Shown here piece after piece: positions 46,900-53,880 of a stretch of DNA of 64,000 bases. Positions within the stretch are counted from its first letter, which is position 1; every line of letters starts with the position of its first letter. The notes beneath the pieces were generated by a model. The model worked only from the letters and a program-made list of their open reading frames with translations. It was not told where the DNA came from and did no database searches. Location: contig DASUFD010000053.1 in the NCBI GenBank assembly GCA_036274735.1, forward strand, positions 19,587 to 83,586, given 5' to 3'. The DNA is from Burkholderiales bacterium (GTDB taxonomy: Bacteria; Pseudomonadota; Gammaproteobacteria; Burkholderiales; SG8-39). Both the position numbers and the translations under genes were made by a program.

Positions 46900-48084
46900 T
46901 CAGGCCCTCTCGGCGGGTTCCAGGCCGAATACCTGACGCAGGTAGCGCAGGTAGCCGGCGTCCTTGCTGATCGTCTTGCCCGGCGCGTCCGACACCTTGG
47001 CCACCGGCTGGCCGTTGCATTCGGTCATCTTGATGACGATGTTGATCGGCTGATAGCCGAGATCGTTGGTGAGATTGGTGCCGATGCCGAAGGCGGTCTG
47101 TGCGCGTCCGTGGAAGCGCCGCGCGATCTCGACGGCGAGCGGCACCGAAAGCTGGTCGGAAAAGATCAGCGTTTTCGTGCGCGGGTCGACGCGGTTCTTC
47201 CGGTAGTGCTCGATCAGGCGCTCGCCCCATTGAAAAGGGTCGCCCGAGTCGTGGCGCGCGCCGTCGAAGAGCTTGCAGAAATACATGTCGAAGTCGCGCA
47301 GGAACGCATCGGTGCCGTAGGTGTCCGCCACCGCGATGCCGAGGTCGCCGCGGTACTCCTGCGCCCACTTGTCGAAAGCGAAGGTCTGGGAGTCGCGAAG
47401 CCGCGGGCCGAGCGCCTGGCACGCCTGCATGTACTCGTGCGCCATGGTGCCGAGGGGCGTCAGGTTGTTCCGCATCGCGAACCAGACGTTTGAGGTGCCC
47501 GCGAAGTAGACCGGCACCTCGCGCTTCAGCGTCTGCAGCACTTCCTCGTGCCATGCCAGCGAGAAGCGGCGGCGCGTCCCGTAGTCCGAGATCTTGAAGC
47601 CGACCTCGGGCTCTACGGTACGGACGAGGTCGATCTTGGCCTGCAGCCGGCGCCGGCCTTCCGCGAAATCGGGGCGCGGCTGGCTGCGACGAAAATACAC
47701 CTCGGACACGATGGCGAGTACCGGAATCTCGTACAGGATGGTGTGCAGCCACGGACCGCGGATGGTGACGTCCATCTCCCCCGGGCGCTCGCCAGGACCA
47801 ATCCGGACGTACTTCTCGTTGAACTGGAAGAGCCCCAGGAAGTCGACGAAGTCGGACTTCATGAAGCGCAGGCTGCGCAGGTAGCGCAGCTCGTCTTCGC
47901 GAAAGCGCAGGCTGCAGAGCGCGCCTACCTCGTCCCGGATGTCGGCGAGGTAAGGACGGAAATCGATACCCTCGGTGCGGCACTTGAACTTGTACTCGAC
48001 CTGGGCGCCGGGAAAGTGATGCAGCACCACCTGCATCATGGTGAACTTGTAGAGGTCGGTGTCGAGCAGCGACTGGATGACCAT
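46900..48084 (-). CDS. pncB: nicotinate phosphoribosyltransferase
   Basis: ORF 394 aa. '[21 protein letters not shown]', 'GTMAHEYMQ', 'RHDSGDP'. Confidence 0.9.
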   Translation of the reverse strand: MVIQSLLDTDLYKFTMMQVVLHHFPGAQVEYKFKCRTEGIDFRPYLADIRDEVGALCSLRFREDELRYLRSLRFMKSDFVDFLGLFQFNEKYVRIGPGERPGEMDVTIRGPWLHTILYEIPVLAIVSEVYFRRSQPRPDFAEGRRRLQAKIDLVRTVEPEVGFKISDYGTRRRFSLAWHEEVLQTLKREVPVYFAGTSNVWFAMRNNLTPLGTMAHEYMQACQALGPRLRDSQTFAFDKWAQEYRGDLGIAVADTYGTDAFLRDFDMYFCKLFDGARHDSGDPFQWGERLIEHYRKNRVDPRTKTLIFSDQLSVPLAVEIARRFHGRAQTAFGIGTNLTNDLGYQPINIVIKMTECNGQPVAKVSDAPGKTISKDAGYLRYLRQVFGLEPAERA

Positions 48085-48110
48085 GGCGCGGGGATTGTAA
48101 CCTCCGGCCC

Positions 48111-48803
48111 ATGTGCGGTCGTTACGCGCTCCACGCCCATTCCGAGGTCGTCGCGCTTCAGTTCCGCCTTGCGGCGGCGCCGGCTTTCGCGCCTCGCTAC
48201 AACATCTGTCCGGGTAGCGAGGTGCTCGCGGTGCGCGCCGACGAGCGCGGCCGCCGTAGCGTCGGCGAATTCCGCTGGGGCCTCATTCCGCATTGGGCGA
48301 AGGATGCGGCGATCGGACAGAAGCTCGCGAATGCGCGCGGCGAGAGCCTGGGCGAGAAGCCTGCATTTCGCGATGCTTTCCGGCGCTCACGCTGCCTCGT
48401 ACCCGCCAGCGGATATTTCGAGTGGCGCAGCGTGGCCGGGAGCAAACACCCCTGGTACTTGCGTCCCGCCGACGAACGGCTGTTCGCCCTCGGCGGCCTC
48501 ACCTCGCTCTGGCACGGACCCCAGGGGACGGTACGCAGCGTATCGCTCATCACCACGCCACCCAATCGCCTTACCGGGCCGATCCACGACCGTATGCCGC
48601 TCATCCTCGCCCCGCGCGACTACGACGCCTGGCTCGATCCGGGCAACGACGATGTCGAGGCCCTGAAAGCGTTGGTGCGCGCGTATCCGGCAGAAGAGAT
48701 GCGCGCGTACGCGGTGAGCCCGCGGGTTAATGCACCCGCCAACGACGATGCCGCGCTGATTGAGCCGCTTCCCGAGGGGCCGGCGCAGCGCGATTTGCTG
48801 TAG
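48111..48803 (+). CDS. SOS response-associated peptidase (SRAP/YedK-like abasic-site processing protein)
   Basis: ORF 230 aa. Invariant N-terminal 'MCGRY', then 'RYNICPGS', '[12 protein letters not shown]', 'NARGES', '[12 protein letters not shown]', 'HDRMPLIL'. Confidence 0.9.
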   Translation: MCGRYALHAHSEVVALQFRLAAAPAFAPRYNICPGSEVLAVRADERGRRSVGEFRWGLIPHWAKDAAIGQKLANARGESLGEKPAFRDAFRRSRCLVPASGYFEWRSVAGSKHPWYLRPADERLFALGGLTSLWHGPQGTVRSVSLITTPPNRLTGPIHDRMPLILAPRDYDAWLDPGNDDVEALKALVRAYPAEEMRAYAVSPRVNAPANDDAALIEPLPEGPAQRDLL

Positions 48804-48813
48804 CGCCACCATA

Positions 48814-48829
48814 CTGTATATAATGCCAG
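48814..48829 (+). promoter_or_regulatory. LexA operator (SOS box) overlapping -10 hexamer of lexA
   Basis: CTGT-ATATAATG-CCAG, a CTGT-N8-ACAG consensus with one mismatch. An embedded TATAAT (48819-48824) lies 9 nt upstream of the lexA ATG. Confidence 0.8.
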
Positions 48830-48833
48830 TCCA

Positions 48834-49466
48834 ATGGATGCCGCGAACGCGCTCACCGCAAGGCAAGCCGAAATTCTGCGCTTGGTGCGCGAGCTGACCG
48901 AGGTGTCGGGCTACCCGCCGACCCGCGCCGAGATCGCCGAGCGCATGGGATTCCGCTCGGTGAACGCCGCCGAGCAACACCTGCGCGCGCTGGAACGAAA
49001 GGGCGCGATCGAGATCTCATCGGGCGCCTCGCGCGGCATCCGCGTGCGCGATGCCCGCGCGCCGACGCGGCGTCTGCTCGAGCTTCCCGTCGTCGGCCGC
49101 GTGGCCGCCGGCGCGCCGATCCTCGCCGAGGAGAACGTCCAGGGCCACTATCAGGTCGACCCGAACCTGTTCACGCCGCGCGCCGACTATCTGCTGCGCG
49201 TGCGCGGCATGTCGATGCGCGACGCCGGGATCCTGGAAGGCGACTTGCTGGCGGTGCACCGCACGCCGGAGGCGCGCAGTGGACAAGTTGTCGTCGCGCG
49301 CCTTGCCGACGAAGTCACCGTGAAGCGCCTGCGCCGTCGCGGCCACGTCGTGCAGCTCGAGCCGGAAAATCCCGAGTTCGCCCCGATCGAGATCGACCTG
49401 CGGCGCGAAGCGCTGGCCATCGAAGGCGTGGCCGTCGGTGTAATACGCAACGGCAAGGGCCTTTGA
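48834..49466 (+). CDS. lexA: LexA repressor
   Basis: ORF 210 aa. Winged HTH '[46 protein letters not shown]'. Cleavage site 'VAAGAP'. Ser/Lys dyad 'GMSMRDAGI' and 'VTVKRL'. Confidence 0.95.
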   Translation: MDAANALTARQAEILRLVRELTEVSGYPPTRAEIAERMGFRSVNAAEQHLRALERKGAIEISSGASRGIRVRDARAPTRRLLELPVVGRVAAGAPILAEENVQGHYQVDPNLFTPRADYLLRVRGMSMRDAGILEGDLLAVHRTPEARSGQVVVARLADEVTVKRLRRRGHVVQLEPENPEFAPIEIDLRREALAIEGVAVGVIRNGKGL

Positions 49467-49504
49467 GAAGCCGATAGAATGGGCGCGGGCTCTTTCGCCT
49501 GCGC

Positions 49505-51340
49505 ATGAGCGATACCACGCTAGCCAACGGCGCCCCCAGCGCCGACCTCCGAAACCGCGCCGCACGCGAGGACATGAGCGCCGAAACGTTTTCGGCGCAG
49601 ATCCGCGATCGAGCCGATCCTCGTCTCGTGCTCGCAGACCGCGTCGAGCAGCTCTACAGCCAGCTGCCGCTGGGTATGGTCGCCACCCTCGCGATCGGCT
49701 TCATCGCCGCCGTCGAGCTGCGCGAAGGTCGCTTCATCGAGCTGGTGCTCTTTTGGAGCACGCTCCTCGTCGTGGTCGTTGCGCTGCACGCCGTGCTGTA
49801 CTTTGGCTACCGCCGCGACGCCGACAAGGTGGCGCAGGCGCCGCAATGGCTGCGCTGGCTTGGCATCGGCGCTTTCGCCGTCGGAGCGGTATGGGGATTC
49901 GCCGCCGCCGTGTTCTTTCCCTCTCATACGGACGAGCGGCAGGTCTTCCTCGCGTTCGTCCTCTCCGGGGTCATCTCCGGCGGCATCCCGATGTACGCCG
50001 CCTCCTGGCCGGTCTTCGCCGCCTACGCGGCCGCCATCGCCCTCCCCTTCACGTACGTGCTCGCCACCTTCGGCAACCGACTATTCGCCGAGATCGCGCT
50101 GCTCATTCCGCTCTTCTACGGCGCGAGCGTCGCCATCGCCTACCGGCTGAACGCGGTCTTCTTCTCGGGCTACCGGCTGCGACATGCCTATGGCCGCTTG
50201 ACCGAGGACTACAGCCTGCTCAATCGGCGGCTCGAGCGCCAGCTTGTCGAGCTCGAGGAAGCCCGGCGGCAGGTGGAGGCGAGCGGACGCAAGCTCGCCC
50301 TGTTCGCCGAGCGCGCGCCGATCGCCGTGCTCGAGCTCACCTCGGAGGCAACCGTGACGCAGATGAATCACGCAGCCGAGCTGCTTTTCGGCTATGCCGC
50401 CGGAGAGCTGATCGGCGGCTCGATCAAGCGCCTGGTGCTGCCGCAGTTCCAGGACGAGTTCGACCGGCAGTGGAGCGAGCTGATGTCCAGCCGCAGGCCG
50501 ATGGCCGGAGTCAAGGTGCGCAATCCGCGGCGCGACGGCATCTCGATCGTCTGTGAATGGACCGTGACGCCGCTCGTCAATGCCGAGGGCAGGGTGATCT
50601 CCGTGATCGCGCAGGGCCGGGACGTCACCGCGCAGCTCGAGGCGGAGCGCATGAAGAAGGAATTCACCTCGACGCTCTCGCACGAGCTACGCACGCCGCT
50701 CACCTCGATCATCGGCTCCCTGCAACTGATCAACGCCGGGGTGATGGGGGAAGTACCCAAGGACGTGGCCGAGCTGACCGACGTTGCCGAGCGCAACGGG
50801 CAGCGCCTGCTCGATCTGATCAACGACATCCTCGACATCGAGAAGATCGAGTCGGGCAAGCTCACCCTCGCTCCCGAGGCGATTCTCGTCGACGAGCTGG
50901 TGCAGGAGGCGATGGTGCTGAACAAGGGCTTTGCCGACCGGTTCAAGGTGCGCTTCGAGCCCGACGGGGCGCTCGCGAAGAGCGCGGTGCAGGCCGACCA
51001 CAAGCGGCTGCTGCAGGTCATGACCAACCTGCTGTCGAACGCCGCGAAGTTTTCCCCGGAGGGCGACGTCGTGCAGATCACCACGGAGGCGCGCGACGGC
51101 CGGCTTCGCATCGGCATTCACGATCGCGGCCCGGGGATTCCGGAAGCTTTCCGCGCGCGTATCTTCGGCCGCTTCAATCAGGCCGACTCGACCACCTCGC
51201 GACAGAAGGGCGGGACGGGCCTCGGCCTGGCGATCTGCAAGCGACTGATCGAGATGATGGACGGTAAGATCGGCTTCCAGGACCGCCCCGGCGGCGGCAC
51301 GACTTTCTGGTTTGAACTGCCATGCCTGAACGCCCGCTAG
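49505..51340 (+). CDS. membrane sensor histidine kinase (multi-TM N-domain, PAS, HisKA, HATPase_c; no receiver)
   Basis: ORF 611 aa with about 6 hydrophobic helices in the N-terminal third. Coiled coil 'LERQLVELEEARRQVE', PAS-like region, H-box 'FTSTLSHELRTPL', N box 'LLSNAAKFSP', G boxes 'HDRGPGIP' and 'GGTGLGLAICK'. Confidence 0.85.
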   Translation: MSDTTLANGAPSADLRNRAAREDMSAETFSAQIRDRADPRLVLADRVEQLYSQLPLGMVATLAIGFIAAVELREGRFIELVLFWSTLLVVVVALHAVLYFGYRRDADKVAQAPQWLRWLGIGAFAVGAVWGFAAAVFFPSHTDERQVFLAFVLSGVISGGIPMYAASWPVFAAYAAAIALPFTYVLATFGNRLFAEIALLIPLFYGASVAIAYRLNAVFFSGYRLRHAYGRLTEDYSLLNRRLERQLVELEEARRQVEASGRKLALFAERAPIAVLELTSEATVTQMNHAAELLFGYAAGELIGGSIKRLVLPQFQDEFDRQWSELMSSRRPMAGVKVRNPRRDGISIVCEWTVTPLVNAEGRVISVIAQGRDVTAQLEAERMKKEFTSTLSHELRTPLTSIIGSLQLINAGVMGEVPKDVAELTDVAERNGQRLLDLINDILDIEKIESGKLTLAPEAILVDELVQEAMVLNKGFADRFKVRFEPDGALAKSAVQADHKRLLQVMTNLLSNAAKFSPEGDVVQITTEARDGRLRIGIHDRGPGIPEAFRARIFGRFNQADSTTSRQKGGTGLGLAICKRLIEMMDGKIGFQDRPGGGTTFWFELPCLNAR

Positions 51341-51711
51341 AGCGCATCTGTTACGTCGAGGACGACGAGGACATCCAGCGGATCGTGCGCATGTCGCTCG
51401 AGCGCGTCGGCAAGATGACGGTGCAGATCATCACCGACCCCGGCGCCGCACTCGGCGCCATGGCGAGCTTCAAGCCCGATCTCGTCATGCTCGATTGGAT
51501 GATGCCGGGCATGGACGGCCCGACGCTTTTCCGCGAGATGAAAAAGCAGCCCGATCTCGCCGCGCTGCCCGTGGTCTTCATCACGGCGAAGGCCGGGCAG
51601 CGCGACCTCGATGAGCTGAAGAGCCTCGGCGCGGCCGGGACGATCTCCAAGCCCTTCTCGCCGAAGGACCTTCCTGAGCAGCTGCGCGCCATTTGGGCCA
51701 AGCTGCCCTAG
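51322..51711 (+). CDS. single-domain response regulator (CheY-like receiver)
   Basis: ORF 129 aa. 'YVEDDEDI', phospho-acceptor context 'DLVMLDWMMPGMDG', 'VVFITAK', 'ISKPF'. 19-nt overlap with the kinase gene. Confidence 0.85.
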   Translation: MPERPLERICYVEDDEDIQRIVRMSLERVGKMTVQIITDPGAALGAMASFKPDLVMLDWMMPGMDGPTLFREMKKQPDLAALPVVFITAKAGQRDLDELKSLGAAGTISKPFSPKDLPEQLRAIWAKLP

Positions 51712-51716
51712 CCGCG

Positions 51717-52982
51717 TCAGTGCAGCTTCACGGTGTCGTCAGCCACCGCGTCCGCGTCCTGCTCGAACTTGCGCGTCAGGAAACCGATGACCTCGTCGGC
51801 ATTGCGAAAGCGGGCTTCCCGGTCCTTCTCCAGCAGCTTGTCCATCAGACGCTGATACTGCTGTAGCGGCTCGGGCAGGGGCGGCGGCGTCTTGTTCAGA
51901 TGCTGCAGCGCCACCTCGACCGCGGAGTCGCCTTCGAACAGATGGCGCCCGGTGAACATCTGGTAGAGAAGCACTCCGGCGCTATAAATGTCGGTGCGCA
52001 GGTCGAGCGCCCGGCCCTGCACCTGCTCCGGGCTCATGTAACGCGGCGTGCCGAGCACCTCGCCGGCGCTCGTGCGGTCCACCGCGTCAACGTGCTTCGC
52101 GATGCCGAAATCGACAATTGCCAGGCTACCGTCGTCGCGGAACATGATGTTCTGCGGCTTGAGATCGCGATGCAGGATGCCTCGTTCGTGGATATCGCCG
52201 AGCGCGAACATGAGCTCGCGGAAAAGCCGCAGCGCCTCGGCCGCCGCCTGGGGCTTGCCGGCAAGGCGCTTGTTCAGATCGCCGCCTTCGAAGAACTCCA
52301 TCACCAGATAGGCGTAGCCCTCCACGTCGCCATGCCCGTAAATACGCGCCACGTGTCGGCTCTGAATGCGCTCGACGAGCGAGTATTCCTCCATGAAGCG
52401 CGCGAGCGCGTTCTTGTCGGACACGATCTCGCGTCGCAGGATCTTGACCACGAGCGGCGCGTCATCGCCTTCCTTGGACGCGAGATAGACCCTCGCCGTT
52501 CCCCCCTCGCCGATCAAATGCAGCACGTTGATGCCCGGGATCCGGATTTTCGCGCCGAGGTTGTGGCCCTCCAGCCGCGCTGCGAGCTCGGGCGACACCG
52601 TCCTTTCCACGGCGTCGGCCGTCAGCTCGTGGATCGAGGTGATGAGCTTCTCGCGCGTCATCTCCTGCTTGCGCTGATAGTCGTCGGCCCCCGCCTTCAT
52701 CGCGCGCACCGCGATGATTTCATTGCCGGCCCCGGTGAGGAACAGGACCTTCGGGCAGTCGGCCCGGGTCTTCAGCCGCTGCAGCCAGTCGAGGCCGTCG
52801 CCGCGGCCGAGCATATAGTCGAGGATGACCACATCGTAGGAACGGAGGGGAAAACCGGCGCCCGGAAAATCGCGCTCCAGCGGATCGTAACCATCCACTC
52901 CGGCGTCCGGCCAGCGCTGCTTGATATATCGCCCGAGGAGCTCGCGCAGGTCCGGGTCGTCGTCGATGATGAGCACGCGCAT
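51717..52982 (-). CDS. response-regulator receiver fused to Hanks-type Ser/Thr protein kinase
   Basis: ORF 421 aa. REC motifs: 'VLIIDDDPD', 'VVILDYMLG', 'LFLTGAG', 'DDYQRK'. Kinase motifs: 'IGEGGTARVY', 'VVKIL', 'HRDLKPQNIM', 'DFGIAK', 'GTPRYMSPE'. Confidence 0.85.
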   Translation of the reverse strand: MRVLIIDDDPDLRELLGRYIKQRWPDAGVDGYDPLERDFPGAGFPLRSYDVVILDYMLGRGDGLDWLQRLKTRADCPKVLFLTGAGNEIIAVRAMKAGADDYQRKQEMTREKLITSIHELTADAVERTVSPELAARLEGHNLGAKIRIPGINVLHLIGEGGTARVYLASKEGDDAPLVVKILRREIVSDKNALARFMEEYSLVERIQSRHVARIYGHGDVEGYAYLVMEFFEGGDLNKRLAGKPQAAAEALRLFRELMFALGDIHERGILHRDLKPQNIMFRDDGSLAIVDFGIAKHVDAVDRTSAGEVLGTPRYMSPEQVQGRALDLRTDIYSAGVLLYQMFTGRHLFEGDSAVEVALQHLNKTPPPLPEPLQQYQRLMDKLLEKDREARFRNADEVIGFLTRKFEQDADAVADDTVKLH

Positions 52983-52992
52983 GGCGCGCTAG

Positions 52993-53298
52993 TCACTCAT
53001 ACGCGATCTGCACGCGGGCGAGGTACTCGGCATATTCGGCGATCCGCGCCTCGAGCGATGCCCGGTCCCCGCTGCGCGCGCCGTCCTCGATGTATTTGCC
53101 GAGGATCGAGACTTGGGTGAAACCGTAGGAGTGGCCGACGCCTTTCATGCGATGTCCGAGCTGCCGCAACTGCTCGAAATCCGCTGCAGCGAGCGCCACG
53201 CGCAGGGTTTCGACCTCCTTGTTGCGGTTCTTGAGGAACACCGGGATGAGATCCTCGATGTCCCGCGCGACCGTGACCTTATAGTCGTTCTCGTCCAT
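52993..53298 (-). CDS. histidine phosphotransfer (Hpt) domain protein
   Basis: ORF 101 aa. 'DFEQLRQLGHRMKGVGHSYGF' matches the Hpt HxxKG phospho-His helix. Stop lies 10 nt upstream of the REC-kinase ATG. Confidence 0.7.
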   Translation of the reverse strand: MDENDYKVTVARDIEDLIPVFLKNRNKEVETLRVALAAADFEQLRQLGHRMKGVGHSYGFTQVSILGKYIEDGARSGDRASLEARIAEYAEYLARVQIAYE

Positions 53299-53349
53299 AT
53301 TCGCCGCATTATAGGCAGGGCAGTATCACAGCGGCGTTTCGACCGCCGG

Positions 53350-53868
53350 TCAGGGTTTGTCAGCCAGCACGTCGCGCGCCCGAGCGAGATGCGGATGCAG
53401 CGAAAGCGCCGCGGCGAAGGTGTAGCGCGCATCGGCGGATGCGCCTTCGCCGAGCAGTATTTCCGCGAAGTGCAACATCGCGGCGAAATGCCGCGGCTCG
53501 AGCGCGAGCGTACGCGCGATGTCGTGCAGGCATTCAGCGTCGCGACCGAGCAGGTAGTACAACGTGGCGCGCTTGTGCCATGCCTCGGGGAAGTCCGGCG
53601 TGCTGCGCAGCAGCCGGGTGAGACGCGTCTCGGCGATGTCGTAGCGCTGCGCGGCGATGTCGCGCGTCGCCGCGTCGAGCGCGGCGGCAGCGCCGGCGTG
53701 CGGGTGGTGCATCCAGGCGCTCCAGATGCGCTCTTCGGTCTCCTCCGCCTCCCCGGTCGGACAGCAGGCGAGACGACGGAAGAGTTGCGCAAGTCCCGGG
53801 AGATCCCGCGCGGGGCGACGCGCGCGGCGCTCGGCGATGAGGTTGAGGATTCCGCTCTCGGCCGTCAT
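53350..53868 (-). CDS. tetratricopeptide-repeat protein
   Basis: ORF 172 aa with high GC3. 'PDFPEAWHKRATLYYLLGRDAECLHDIARTLALEPRHFAAMLHFAEILL' are TPR-like helices. ATG lies 12 nt after the dnaE2 stop. Confidence 0.7.
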   Translation of the reverse strand: MTAESGILNLIAERRARRPARDLPGLAQLFRRLACCPTGEAEETEERIWSAWMHHPHAGAAAALDAATRDIAAQRYDIAETRLTRLLRSTPDFPEAWHKRATLYYLLGRDAECLHDIARTLALEPRHFAAMLHFAEILLGEGASADARYTFAAALSLHPHLARARDVLADKP

Positions 53869-53880
53869 CGAAGAGTGATG

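Noticed and set aside
46904-48112. Upstream 400 codons of the 805-aa ORF 45695..48112
   Set aside because: This part runs out of frame through pncB, which has clear PncB motifs in its own frame. Only the 3' portion is a real MFS transporter.
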